Assembly (NCBI GenBank): GCA_030141605.1
Contig: JAQGDQ010000102.1
Coordinates: forward strand, 43,676-107,675
Reading direction: 5' to 3'
Length of the DNA: 64,000 bases
From: Tubiluchus corallicola
Lineage: Eukaryota; Animalia; Priapulida
Each line of letters begins with the position of its first letter. Positions within the stretch are counted from its first letter, which is position 1. The notes below the pieces were generated by a model. That model made no database searches and was not told where the DNA came from. It saw only the letters and a list, made by a program, of their open reading frames with translations. Shown piece by piece: positions 32,872-59,625 of the stretch. The position numbers and the translations under genes were made by a program.

Positions 32872-33670
32872 GTAAGTATGTACTTGATGTCACGTGAACA
32901 GGCCTTTCGTTTAAAAGTTTTTAAGTATTTCTAATTTTTCCAATATTTATAAAAAACTGAGCGTTATTCGACACAAAAAACTATTGGATTGTGTAGCAAA
33001 CAGAGAGTTCCGTAAATGAAATTTGTTCGCTTTTCGTATAATATTCGGTCGCTATTGGCTAATTCTTTGCATTATGAGCAAATTTCAAGCTATGCACTTG
33101 TATACGCAGTCTATTCACTCCCTCTGATTGCAGTACTCGTCTAATGACAGTATGCAGTACTAAATCATTCCATATTTTGCCGCGCAAATTCGTATTTTCT
33201 CTTAGAAATCGACTTTTCAATAGTTCAAATTTGTACATCAAATCTATTTTGGAGCGTCATATATATATATTTCCTTTCTATTTTGCATGTGAAATGTAGG
33301 TCAATTCTTTTCTGTAAATCTAACGATTTTATTACTTAAATAATTCTATTTGATATGTTTATTGTTTGTGTTTTAATACAAAATATTAACTTATTAATTA
33401 TTGTACGTGTAAATGTAATTAAAGTCCTGTAACTTTATCATGTCATTCGTGTGCTTGTATGTGTGCGTGCGTGCATGCGCATGTGTGTATGCAGCTAGCT
33501 TAATCTTTATTTTTCACAATGTTTATTGCAAAAAAAATAGATTTTTGTTAATTCAATTTTCGTTCCACTGATTTTCAGTATTGTGTTTTATATGAACTTT
33601 TTTGTCTGATCAGTCAATCAATAATCACAATTAACTTTACGAAAATAATGACTTTCTATACAGTAAGGCT

Positions 33671-33844
33671 ATGGATCACGGTCATCACCCTGCTCATAGT
33701 TCAGGTCATGTACCAGATCATGGTCACGAATCAAACGTGGGTTATATCATGCCACCTGGTAGCCTGGAAGAATCCACTATGGATCACATGCACACCACGA
33801 TGGATCCACATGCTGGCCACGGTGGATCAAGTGGAACCCATGAG
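33671..33844 (+). CDS. SLC31A1: Ctr1 coding exon 1 (His/Met-rich ectodomain)
   Basis: Acceptor atacag at 33663; MDHGHHPAH...GTHE|gtaaat. Confidence 0.88.
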
Positions 33845-36800
33845 GTAAATGACAGAAAATGAAATAGCTAAAAACAATCTCAGTTTCAGTATGGTGATTA
33901 GATTCAGCATATACGGTGATTAGAATATGCAATATAAGTCGTATACAAACCAAAAGATGTAAGAAATTACTGAGCAAACTGTAAGAGGAGCTCATCATAG
34001 CTCAAGGCCTGTGGCGGCTCGTAGCTAAAATTAGTGGGGGGTGCTGCTTCAGAAAATTTTAGCCATTGTTTTAATACTGTGTAAAACTCAACAAACATGT
34101 GATTTTAATGTTGTAGTTATATTTAAAGATCGGGTGTTGAACAGCCTCTTTTCTTAACTGCAACTTTCTCATGCAGATACAACTGTGAAAAATTAAGCTT
34201 TTGTAGTGCATTTACGAAAAATTGAGCTGCCGTAGTTCACTTACAGTCACAGAACTTATTTCTTGGGGATGCAAGGCGTCCATTATTAAATAAATTATGT
34301 TTTAAGCACACACGCTAAGTTTACACTTTATCACATCCAAGAATATGACGATACACGGTAAACACATGGCAATTGTTACTGTGATAGAGACACTACTTTT
34401 CTACCTAGTGCTGTCTCAGACATGTACGCATGGCCGCATGCGTACAACGGCCAAACACCGCGTTGCTTGAGCTGTGAAGCAAATTGTACTTCCCTCACTT
34501 GCTCCGGTTCCGCACAAGTATAAAGAAAGAACTAAAGAAAAAAGACTTATTATATTGAATATTATCTATAATAATGAGTGAAAAGGGGAATGCTGCAGTA
34601 CCACAGTACCTATACACGAGCCGCCACTGCTCAAGACCATGTAAAGTGTACCTAGTGAGTAGGGAGCGCCATTACAAGTGACTTTGCTTTAAAATTGTAT
34701 ATTGTGGCAGGTTAGAACCATTTAAGCTTCTAAAGCATAATTGTAAACTTTTGGGAACAGCTTTTAAAAAGGAATGAAGCAATTAAGTCGTATTGCAGTA
34801 ATAAAACGTCTTTTAAAGGAAAACAGGATGATTTGGGGTATCACCTCCCATTTTGAAGTATGCTGATGTCAAAGCGTTTCTGATAATTAAATAATAAGCT
34901 ACAATAGTTAATTAAAACCCAGGAGCCCAGCTAGTGATGACATCACAAATGAACATAATTTTAAAACAACGCAAACATTCTACGAGCGTATTGCACGTGT
35001 TTACGAAAGCGAAAAATTGAAGTACTGTACTGCAGTACAACATTCAGTGTGATATATAAAGACTCGGCAAATTTAAAATTTAAAATTCAAATTTCAAGTT
35101 GACCGCTGTGATCAGAGGTAACTGAGAGATACAGCACTTGCTTTTGTGTAACTCGTTTCCGAAATCCAGGCACTAGGGCACGTCTAACTTATCAAACATT
35201 GAAATGCGTGTAGAACTAACCACGAAGAACTAGCCGCGCGAACGCGAAATCAGGTTTCTGTGGTGATTATTCTTTCACGTAAAAGTTATTCTTGAAAAAA
35301 CTATGTTCCTCTTCAATATTTTACACAAGAAATTGTTTTGAGCTACAGTCTAAGATTGGGTTCAGTTTTCTTTTAATTAGTTTTTCCTTTCCTGCTTCTC
35401 AAAAACTATGTAATTTGACTCGAAGACGCTGCATATAATATTTAACTTGGAAAGTATAATGAAAAGCTGTTCCCTTCATTACTAACGAGAACGTGACTCG
35501 AGAATCTGACACGCAGAATAAAACACTGTAGCAGAAAAAGAGTAACAGCTCCATGTTCATATAGACTTACTGTCTATTCATATTTGTATTTATATTTGTA
35601 TTTATATTTGTATTTGTGTCTGTGTTTGTACGTATTTGTGTTTTTGTTTATGTTCTTGTGTTTACGCTTACATTTACGTTTATATTTACATTTACATTTA
35701 TACGTTTTTGTTTACGTTTACGTTTGAGTTTACGCTTACCTTTACATTTACGTTTTTCATCATTCAGCTAGAAAAAATCCGTTGAAACTTGTCAAAAACG
35801 TTCAGATCCTACAGCTTCTTGCTTGATTTCGACTATCTCGTGTACGAATTACACTAATTTCTCTGAGACGTTTTCGTAATGAAAATAAGCAATTCAATTC
35901 AATGTTTTTTATTTGCCTGATTTGCATCGCAAAACATTACAACTATATACATAATGATAATAACATTACGATAGCAAAAACAGGTACGATTTGAAAATTG
36001 TACAAACCAGCCACGAGGAGAGTAGGAGCGCGAGCTTTCGAGACTCACCACGAGACGGCGCAAACACATGCATGGTACAGACAGAGAAATACATACAAAA
36101 TGCCTCAAAGTTAAAACATTATTCAACTGTAAAAACAATTAATGGTAACAATAAAGACAAATAAGATTAGAAGAACCTGTCAATTAGCAGGTTAGGTAAA
36201 GAGTTAGTAACACATCAAATGCATACTTTTTAAAACGTTGTAAATGAAATTCTTTTGCTAAATGAGAATTTGTTGGACAGCAGTAATCGAAGGATTTCGG
36301 TAACCGTAACTAGCGTGAATTACAGGAGGATAAAAGTTACCAACAACTCTACCAGTAAAACAGTTATGGATTTGTTGAACAGGAGTTAAATAATTAACAA
36401 TTGCAGGAGGAGGAAGCCAATTATAATACTTGTACAAAAAGTATTCATTCACGGTGATCACAATAGACATTCACGGTGATTCATTAATTCTAAAATATCT
36501 ATGGCTATAATATTTTGTGATCACGATTTGTTAATTGTGGCAGTTATAAATGGTTCTAATAATATTGTTTTGTATAGTTTGAAGCGTTTGAAGAGTTGCT
36601 CAGGACATCAGAAACAAACTACAGATAATGACTGACTTATTAATTAGGCGACTAATCAGAATTGAGCGCTCTGAGGTTATAATGGGAGTTTTCTCTTACA
36701 GATGTTCTTTCACGCGGGCGTGAAGGAAGTTATTCTTTTCGATATTTGGCGAACCGATGACGTGAAAGGAATCATTGGATCAGTGGTTGGAATAATTTTA

Positions 36801-38223
36801 CTGGGAATACTTTATGAAGCCATTAAAGTGTTCAGGGAGCATTTGAAATACAAGTCCACGTCTCGCGATTGTGGCAACGTACAAGCTGCCACTGTAAACC
36901 TGGAAACGTTCAAATCGTCTCCTAAAACTGAGTCCAATCAGGTATTAACAAGAGAAACTCCACAGCAACGGAGAAGGTAAGATAGCAACATATACTCTAT
37001 ATACACGTATCTCGGAACTAAACAAAGATGACGTACCTCTGAAGTTGTAACTTTGTAACTAAAAAACGCTTTAAAAAACATATGAGGCATTTCTTGGAGT
37101 TTTCTTATGAATAATAAAAAAAGTTTCCGGCATTTTATTAAAACTAAAAAGATCCTAGTATTGAAACTTAAAGTTTCTTTTAATGACGTCGTCAATTAAC
37201 CGGCTAAATCATTTTATGGATAAATTCATGAATTTGAAATAATATAGAAAGGGCTGTACGCCCAGCAACTGAATCCCCCACTCCAGTGGGCAAGACTTAG
37301 TCCACTGTCCCTAGATGGTTATATAGATAGCCTAACAGTCTTTTAAAATAAGCAACTGTTCCATCAGTGACGTCTTGGCCGCTCTAGTGTCATGTATGAT
37401 CACACTTCCTACTAGGTATGCAAGGATAGATGGCGGGTAATAAACTCAGGAAAAAAGTCATGGAAAAAGTCACAATTTTGGGTAGGAAAATAGTAACAGG
37501 AAAAAGTCACAATTTTGAGTAGGAAATAGTAACAGAAAAAAGTCACAATTTTGGGTAGGAAAATAGTAACAGGAAAAAGTCACAGTTAATTTTGGCTAGG
37601 AATAGAGCTAGGGTTAGGGTTAATGCTAGGTATTGGGCTTGGTGTTATGTTTACTCAGTTAGGATTAGGGTTTTTTCTTTTTTCCTGTGCCTTTTTACCT
37701 GTGACTTTTTGCCTGTGACTTTATTACCTGAATTCGTACAGACAGCAACACAGGCCTTTTTGCGACTGTCATCCAAGAATTAACTAACCAAACTCAACAT
37801 TGCGTAACTTTGCAGACAAACACACAACGTGGCCACTCGGCAATTTCTTAGCCTTTTAACTTAAACGGTGTAATAGTGCTAATGTCACAATCTACTGTGA
37901 CATTTATATTTCATTCAAATGTTACTCTTCTAAATCACTCTGACTATTTGGTGCGTCGGTTTGGTTTTTCACGTTTCAATTCGTTCAATTCTCACGCATT
38001 TTTTTTTTGCTTTTTCAGGGCACAAATGTTTTCAATGGATCATTTCTTGCAGACGTTGCTCCATATCATTCAAGTTGTGATTAGCTACTTTCTGATGCTC
38101 ATCTTTATGACTTACAACGTGTGGCTATGTCTGGCAGTAGCAGCTGGTAGTGGCCTTGGATACTTTCTCCTGGGTTGGCTGAGATACTCATATGAAGACA
38201 TGAATACTGAACATTGTTACTGA
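33671..38223 (+). CDS. SLC31A1: High-affinity copper uptake protein (Ctr1/SLC31 family); 3 coding exons, 217 aa
   Basis: Exons 33671-33844, 36702-36976, 38019-38223 (654 nt, phases 0 and 2). His/Met-rich N-terminus, [18 protein letters not shown]1 ending LYEAIK, TM2 MxxxM ([11 protein letters not shown]), TM3 GxxxG (GSGLGY), C-terminal EHCY. Confidence 0.95.
34009..34629. mobile_element. hAT-type MITE (Ctr1 intron)
   Basis: TIR CTGTGGCGGCTCGT / ACGAGCCGCCACTG; TSD CTCAAGGC / CTCAAGAC. Confidence 0.8.
34817..35372 (+). mobile_element. Kolobok-like MITE, family A (Ctr1 intron)
   Basis: TTAA|AGGAAAACAGG ... CAGTTTTCTT|TTAA; same interior. Confidence 0.78.
36702..36976 (+). CDS. SLC31A1: Ctr1 coding exon 2 (TM1 and loop)
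   Basis: ttacag|MFFHAG...QRR|gtaaga. Confidence 0.93.
37436..37728. mobile_element. MITE-like inverted-repeat element with degenerate TTAGGG core
   Basis: GGTAATAAA/AAAAAGTCAC arrays are mirrored by GTGACTTT/TTTATTACC; central gggttagggtt. Confidence 0.55.
38019..38223 (+). CDS. SLC31A1: Ctr1 coding exon 3 (TM2, TM3, HCY tail)
   Basis: ttttcag|[12 protein letters not shown]...MLIFMTYN...EHCY-TGA. Confidence 0.95.
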
Positions 38224-39724
38224 AGCAACTTCATCCTGGACTAACAAATTCAGTGTATTATTATCATACGTCTACTTCCGTATTAACAGTTTACTGTGTA
38301 CGTCTGTTTAATGGTGAGAATGGCTGCTTCAGTACAGTATTGTGATAAGACGTAAATCTTTGACAAAATTTGCTCATACGGTAATGTAAATAGCAAAACA
38401 ATTGATTTTCCCAAAGGTATAGAGAAATTTGCAAAAAGCTGTTCATAACGCATAAAGTTAATTTATACTATCAGTGTATAGCAATTTGCTGCCGCTGTGG
38501 TAGCCGCCATTCGCTTAAAAAGTATGACGTAATTTGTGGACTTCGTCACTTTTCGTAAACGCCCTCTGTTTAAACTAATTCGAATTTTTGTACCTTTCTT
38601 AATGTTCATGCAAAGATATCACAAAATCGGCTTTCTAATTTTTTGCAAAAATATAGTACGCTTTCGACGGAAGTGTACTACTCTTCCTCAGTCAATGAAT
38701 TAGGTGGAAAAGTGGGCGCTCAAAATGAGACCGGGCAAGCGTGAAATAATCAAAATTTAAAGTGATTTCACTAATGACACGAAGCGGTAACCAAAAGTTA
38801 CTACTAAATCCTTCTAACATTTTTCGCGAGCAATAAAATAAGTCTAACTTCCCAGAAAGCTTGGCCTTTCCTTTAATAATGATTAAATATTTTTGTTTTG
38901 TTAGATTCAGTCAAATTAAGCTTTTTTGCTATTTATAGTTTATAGTTAATAATAAACATGTAATAGTAAGGCTGGTAGCATAAATTTTCGTATTTAGTGC
39001 GAGTTTTAATATAAGTGTTAACAAATGTAAAAATCTGAACTGTGAAAATTTTATTTCTTGATTTTATTTTTAATAAATTATTACTTTGCAATAAAAGGGA
39101 CTTCACATATTTTACAAGAGAAATTTGTGCATTATTTTGCTAGTAAAACTGCACAGTCCCTGTTAGAAACCAAATATAAAGGTGTTTTAATGACCAGTTT
39201 TCCTTAACTAGATACCCAAGTGACATTGTGTACATAAACGATGGTACACAAAGTTTAGATTGTGGCGTACAGCAACTTATATATAATGTATAATACTTTA
39301 TTGTAATAAAACATACACAAAACGTACAGTAATAAAAATCATAATAAATAAATAATAATAATGAAGCCTTACAGTAGTGTCAAATTATTAGTAAATTATA
39401 CATGATTAAAACATTGATGAAACTGTGTTAGTAAATAAAAAATGAAATTTACAATTCTGAACTTTTTAAACAAGTAAATATACCTTTAAATTAAAGTTTA
39501 TATAATAATACACAAATTTATAAAGAAAATTATATATTCCCATTTATATTTATACATGTATAATTTCACATGACTAAAGACTAACAGAATTAATTTCGAT
39601 TGAGTTGGCTGATTGTTTTTTTTTGTTTTAGTTCGTCAGTTGCTAAACTGTAAAATAAAAATAAGTAAAATAAAAAATAAAAATAATAAAAAAATAACAA
39701 TAGTAAGTGCTATAATTACAAAAT

Positions 39725-39857
39725 GTTTAAATGGACTTTATGCTTAGAGAATTGTCTTTTGACGGTTCCTTTCAAGTTTAGACCATCCAATCACAATTTA
39801 CCAATTGGAAAGGGTAGGCATAATGAGAGGAAGTGTAATACTTGTCATGTTCTAGGT
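39725..39857 (+). mobile_element. LINE 3' ORF fragment
   Basis: KFRPSNHNLPIGKGR..ERKCNTC resembles the C-terminal motif of CR1/L2-group LINEs. Confidence 0.6.
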
Positions 39858-41796
39858 AATAATAATAATAATATTGAATATTTAAAATGCATTAACATTA
39901 AAAATAGACAAATGCATTTTACATACATAAAATATTAATACATAAATAGTACATACACAATAGGCTTATAGATAAAACTAAAATCGTAATACATGTATAT
40001 AAAAATCACTAGAAAGTAGTCATAATTAAATCCATAAGTCCACATGAAAGTTCTAATTAATACGGATATCGTGACGAATATCATTATATTTTCCAATGCG
40101 ATATTCTTAAAAATGAAAGAAAATCACATGTGTTCAAATTGTAAATGTTGATATGTATTTTCAACTTTTCTCAAGTAAAAACTACAGTATCCAGTGTAAA
40201 ATAGCTAAATTCGTTTATAAAATTATAAAAGCTGTCAAATGATGGCACTTTAATCACTAAATTTTACAAGTAGCAGCAGGAGTATTTGCTGATTGAGTTT
40301 GTTTATATCTGTTACTTCGGTCATTCCGCATGAAGTTGTTCTGGAATGTTAAAATGTTGATTTTTGATTTGTTCCAGATACATTGTATCTTTACCTCACA
40401 TAACCATTGTGGAGCATTTTTTATTGGAATACTTCATTCATAATTGTCAAAAATAATTGTACTTATCCTAAGGGTTTTGAATTAATAAACGTGTTACGAA
40501 TTACAATTTTGACACTTAAGCAGGAATAACTGAAATTGCGTATTATATAGACATTAATATTCTGATAAGAACATTGTGTATAAGGCTATAAGCCACTAGC
40601 GTACATTTCTGACTTTTGTTATTGTCATCACCAGCAATATAAATAATATGTTCCAGATATTTTTCTGTTGAAACTGGTTTAATAAGACAAGTGCTGCAAC
40701 TAAACGCTGCCAGTATGAATTTTGTTCATAACGGTGGCTTAATAACCAGTAAAATACATTCATTTAATTAATAATAATATTGAAAATCAGACTTAATTTG
40801 TTTAAAAAATAAGGCTTTGAGTATATCCAACATTAGAGAGACATATTACATACGAGATTATTGAACACTTGCCCATTTATTACATATCCTACATTGAATA
40901 AAAATTTAAAAAATACGTACCTAGAATACCCCCTTGACGGACACCAGGACGTTAGACAATTTTGTAGACAATGAATGCTCAATGAATGGTTACAGTAACA
41001 GCAGTAGTGCATTAAAAATTTCAAAATGATTATAGGAATTTCTGTGTAATCATCATCATCATCAATTTTCAAACACAGATGAGCAGGAAGTGTTACCAAA
41101 ACAATGTGTTTTGGAGGCTACTAAACTAAAGGTGCTTCAAATCATAATTTTTTAGTTTAGCCAACCAGTGTATTTTAATAATAAATTACTAATAAAAATA
41201 TATTGCAACCAAACCAGAATACACTTTTACGCCGTCTTTAAGCTTTTCGTTTCACTACTTATAACATTTTCCATCCACAGTAATTTTATAAAGTAATTTT
41301 ATCTTTCTTTTGTGATCCTAAAGTCTATAATCTAAAGCACGTTCAATATTCATATGGACAAACAATACCAAAGCATAGTCCACATAATAACTAGGTTTCC
41401 TAACATGCACGCATACATTAATATTTAATGTACCACAACAAAGAAATTTTTATTAAAATAGTGGCAGCATGGTTTATCAGCTCAGCTATGTTGCTGATTT
41501 ATTACCTGGGACAGAGGAACAGAAAAGAATGTTTAATTTCAAACAATTTACGAATATGCAAAAATAAAAGCTTTATGGCAACAAGAGTATGAACAACAAA
41601 AACTCTAGAAACAGTCACCTTGCAAATGCAAAAAGTGCGTAAACAATATAGATATAATATATAAGTGTGTAATAAATATAAATAAACAATAGTAATTAAT
41701 ATATTGTGATAATCATAATCATGTACTATGTGAATCAAAAGCGAAGTTTGAACATTTTATTATCAAAGCAAATTCAACAATGTATTTTACTGGTTT

Positions 41797-42912
41797 ACAC
41801 TCGTTTCCCGAAAAAACAGTTTTCCAGAATTTTTTTCGCAGAAAAACTACTTCTCAGAAAATGAATTACCAGAAAATTGTTTCCAGATAACTTTTTTGCA
41901 TAAAATATTTTCCTGGAAAACTCGCTTCACAGAAAAATTTATGTCACAGAAAAATTTATTATCAGAAAAAACGGTTACGTTTTTAATTGCATGTTGACCT
42001 GCTAGTTTAGTAGGATAAATAAGCCTTTGATTTCTCTTTTTAGCTTTGCCCTCTATTGTTTGCACCTCCTCCTTCTCTCTCTAATTCTTTTTCTCTCTTC
42101 CTTTTTCCCTCATTATGTAACAAAAATGCTGCACTGTATAACAAATCACAAAATTCGTCATTATGTAACACATTTTGATCATTGCGTAGCTATCATTGTG
42201 TAACAATTTTTGCATCTTTACGTGACAATTATTGTGTAACAAAAAATGACGCATTATGTAACAAAGTAATACAGTATGGGTCGTGGTCTGTGGATAGGCT
42301 TTGTCGTGGCCTGGCTTTGCTCTAATAACTGGAATTGGGTCACGACTACGACCAACCTTTCAATACTTTGTTACATAATGCACATAATACATCATTTTCG
42401 TCACATAATGATTGTTACGTAATAATAAAATTTTGTTACATAATGAACCCGAACGCTCACGTTACATATTTACTTTCTCACCTTGACTAGTTTTTTTAGC
42501 ATATGATCCTTACCAGTGAATACACGTAAAAGTAAACTGTAATACTTTCATCATACTTTTCCATTGCGTGATAACTAACAGGACGTTAAAACTAATTTAT
42601 TACATTTTCTGTGACTTTTACTCTATTTTACTCTTTAGATCCACTTTATACATTTTATAATTTTTGTAAATTTATTATCATGGTGCACAATGTTTGAATT
42701 GCAATTATTGTAAAGCGCTCTAGAGCGTGCAAATGAAAATAAATGTAAACAAGCTTAAACTTCAACATGTGAAATGACTTGTTTGGGGAAAATTTCTAGG
42801 AAATACTGGGAAAAGCCCCTTCTTAGAATTTTTCTTCTGGGAAGTAGATTTCTGTGACATTTTTTCCGACAAGAAACTTTTCTAGGAAAATGCTCTTCCG
42901 AAAACGAGTTTA
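41797..42912. mobile_element. MITE-like element with a nested palindromic repeat element
   Basis: ACTCGTTTCCCGAA / TTCCGAAAACGAGT ends with CAGAAAA subrepeats; nested CATTATGTAAC / GTTACATAATG mirror arrays at ~42110-42450. Confidence 0.55.
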
Positions 42913-43187
42913 CAATATATGGATCATAAGTTTCTGCTCTGTCAAAAAAATGTGATTAGTTTATCTCGTTTTACCTAGCTTATCCAAACTCATTAGTTTT
43001 TGTTGGTACATATCTTGCTTCACTGCTCCATATTAACTTTCATTTTATGCAGATAATAAATACAATACTAATTTTTTTATATCTATATATAAACATATTT
43101 TTTAACAACAGCATTAACAATAAAGCACATATATTGCTTAACTAAAGTTTCTGCTGTTTTTATAATTGTTGACATTAATCCCTCAAA

Positions 43188-43221
43188 ACACACGCACACG
43201 CACACGCACACGCACACGCAC

Positions 43222-43308
<87 letters not shown>
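43188..43308. repeat. (CACACG)n/(CA)n microsatellite
   Basis: Direct reading. Confidence 0.95.
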
Positions 43309-43310
<2 letters not shown>

Positions 43311-43725
43311 CCTACTATATAAGAAAAATTCAAAACAAGATCGTTTTTTCTTATAATAGGTGAATAAACACCTACGATGCAAAGTTGGCTTCACGTTTGT
43401 TCTGTAACTCATATAATTAAAAAATGACTTGTATGGAATTTGTGGTAAGTTTTATAGTGGAGAAATTTAACAGAATTTGGTTGTTCGTAAACTTATTAAA
43501 ACGCATAAGCAAAACATGAATCACTGAACACGGAAGCGAATTGTTGTTTACAAAATCATTTTTCACTATAAATATGTTGGAACTAAATTTTGTTTTTTTT
43601 TCTTTTAAGTCTACGTTAATAAACATATTAATACGAATGTGAGAGAACAATCAAATATGAAAATAAAACAACGTAAAACGAAAAGTGTTTAAGTCCTTTT
43701 GACCATTTTACATCGCAAAAATAAG

Positions 43726-56406
<12,681 letters not shown>

Positions 56407-56612
56407 TTGTAAAAGACGGTTAGGCCTATTTTAGTCTTGTTTAGTTAGACAGACATTTCATTTCACAGATACTGAATTTTACGGAGTACAGATGACATAT
56501 TACATATTTCACTTGGCAATACTTATATGTGTGTGTGCGTGTGCGAGTGCGTGTGTGTATGTATATACGTAATGAATCATGTTGCTTAGTTTTATATATA
56601 TATATATATAAT

Positions 56613-56645
<33 letters not shown>

Positions 56646-57849
56646 CATTTAAGCAACATGATTTATTCAAAACTGCATTATAATCGTAGAAATTAATATG
56701 TATAATTATGATTTTAAACTCACCAGCACAACTTGTTTTCTCATGGTTACTTTTCCCAACAATTAAGTAGAATCGTGATAGTTTGGAACGCCGTCCAAAC
56801 GCGTCGCGAAGCACTAATACCAAATCTTACAAAATTCAGACAGAAAACTTTTGAATATAGTTACAAAACTGTGCCATTGACTTGTTACTAATATGTATAA
56901 CAAAGGTCTCGCGCGTGCTTTGTTTGAACAATTTTCTTCTTTTATTAAAATCCCATCACTTATCGGTTGATCTCTTCTGGTACACGTCTGCTGACATTTG
57001 TGGACAAAACAGGCGGCATTGGCGTGTGTACAAAAATCAAGCCTTCCCTAATTCATAAATAGTGCGGACATCAGAAGTGTGTACATAGAACAGAAGAAAC
57101 AGTGTAACATTTCAAAACGTTCTCTGTCATTCAATGACCTGTTTAGTAATGCCTATTATTAGTCCAATAACCTGTGTAGTACTGACTAGTCGCACAGCCA
57201 AACGTGGAAACCTTTTCCGTACAAATTCGGTCCGTTGAATGAGGTCCTGATTGTCCTTTCTCATAACAAGTACATGTAAACCCGATATAAAAAGTCTTCT
57301 TTTGGTTGCATCCATTTTGTTGCATCCATTCTGTACACATTCAAAGAGATCAACATCCATGACGTAGCGAAGATTCCGCACACGTGTCACAACAAGAAAA
57401 CTTTATGGTTCCTCATAGTTTCATTTATTCTGTACTTTTTGTGCAAAATTTATGTTATCATTACTGTGATATTCAGAGCATTAATTGGTGCAGCTAAAGC
57501 ACTCTTAAATTTTATAAAATAGTCTTAGCAAAGTAGTCTATTCAATTTAGGCCCTTGATTTTAAATTTCATTTTACTGTGTCTTCCTGTGTATTTTATTT
57601 GTTTTGTTTTATGGACGGCAAGTAGTCATGTGACTCGTGTTTTACTCTAAAAATCCCGTCTTAAAATAAACTTACTCATTCACTTATTTACTTACCCACT
57701 CACTCACTCACTTACACCAGTATACTGCGGAGTCATGCGTTCTATGTTAGTTTCAGTACGCTTTTTATTATTAGACTAAAACGTTTGGCGATTTTACATA
57801 CCAAGACGACAATGGACGAAAACGTTTGCAGACCTAACACAGCACAACC

Positions 57850-58100
57850 AGTGTTGGACAAAAAGTTTGCAGACGTAACACGCTACAAGCAGTATTGGAC
57901 TAAAATGGCTGCAGATGTAACACACCACAAGCAGTATTGGACTAAAATGGTTGCAGATGTAACACACCACAAGCAGTATTGGACTAAAATGGCTGCAGAC
58001 ATAACACACTACAAGCAATGTTGAACTAAAATGGTTGCAACCGTAACACACCACAAGCGGTATTGGACTAAAATGTTTGCAAACATAACACGCCACAAAC
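57850..58100. repeat. 42-bp minisatellite, ~6 units
   Basis: Unit gcagatgtaacacaccacaagcagtattggactaaaatggyt. Confidence 0.92.
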
Positions 58101-59389
58101 AGTTTACAAAAATTTAATATCTCAGGTATCAAGGAAACCTTTCTATGAATTGAATAGAATGTAAACAACTTTTCGATCTGAGTCTCTCGTGCCGTATGGT
58201 GACTCCCTCTATCAACTTTCATTAGCCTATATTAAAAGGAGGGCTTACCTTGGATTGGTAAGCTAAGAAACGGCTTGCTTTTTGAATTGGAATAATAAAT
58301 AATACTCTACAAATAAAGTTTCTTTTTGCAATTTTGTAAAGTTTTAGTTTTGCTCATCTGATTTGTCATCATTCTACGTTTTCTTTTCTGAGAATTGTAT
58401 ATAATGTTTCTTATTTCTTCTGCGATTTTACTGAAGTGGCATCAACGTGGACATGCAGTTTAATATTCCCAAATATGATGAAAATCATAAGCGCTTAGCA
58501 TTTCTTTGATAAACCTAACTCAGCAGAGGCAATGTTGGCCTCCCTTTACATTTCTTTACGTTATGATTGATAAATGTAACTATCTTTCTGCTGAACTAAT
58601 AAATTCAAGCAAAAATAATTATTTTTGTTATTTCAAAAAATCGTACATCTCGATACCAGTGCTGTTTTTAATGCACAATGTGTACGTTTAGTTAATTTGC
58701 TAACAAAAAAACAAAAATTACGTAACTTTTATGTTAAAACATTGTTTTATCAATATCTCTTAATATGGAGCAATTTTGGCTGCATTTAATTACGTCAACA
58801 CCTTTAGTTTTCAACACGTAACGAAGTGCGTTCAGCCATTTGCTGAAGTATTTATATGCATGTGTGTGTTTGCGATGTATTTAAACTACTTTTAATGAGG
58901 ACGTTTTGACCCTTTACCTTTAATCTTTACTGGACGTTTTCACGCGACCCAGATGCAAAAGGCATTACACCTAAATGTTTGTAAGCCTGTGACTAGACTT
59001 CATAGGCATGTTGTCAAAGCTCGTTGTACTACTCCCCTTTACAACGCCAACCTCACTTGAATTTCTGGGAAAACAAAATATCTATATTTGCATAGACGTG
59101 CATGTATTAATGCACCTCCTTATAATGACAAACTCCTATAATGTCCCAATGTAGTCCCAATGCAGTAATGCAGTCCCGAAGTAGGCGGTATGAAGAGTTT
59201 TACAGTATGTAGTTGCAGTATTTCTTTTCGCAGACCGTTTACACGTGAGCTGGCTGGCCATAAATCACATTCAATGCTTTATCAAAGAAAAGTATCGGTA
59301 ACGTCGATAGGCCTACATAACCTAGGCTGGAAGTTAAATAAGATTAAACTAAACATTTTATTAATTGAAATGGTTTAACAAGCATTATA

Positions 59390-59586
59390 AACATGCATTT
59401 TGCGTTTATTTTTGTGCTTCAATGATGAATGAATCGAAGTTGTTAATGAATAATATCCAAAAATATTTTTTTCAAATGCAATTAATCAATTGTAAAGAAG
59501 TGTTTGCTGCACATCCTGCTTGAATAAACTGGTGGCTTTAATTGTTATCTCAAACATCAAGTAATCAGTGGCTCTTGTCACGACAT
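59390..59586 (-). other. Probable non-coding 3' UTR exon of the astacin gene (end approximate)
   Basis: Donor AG|GTAAG 2 nt after the stop (61674/61673); acceptor tgtctttcag at 59587; AATAAA (minus strand) at 59410-59405. Confidence 0.5.
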
Positions 59587-59625
59587 CTGAAAGACAAACA
59601 GAAACAACTAATTAAGCTAATTGTG

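Noticed and set aside
57127-57390. 87-aa minus-strand ORF as an extra gene or astacin exon
   Set aside because: No recognisable motif or convincing splice sites; it looks like repeat or LTR-like DNA.
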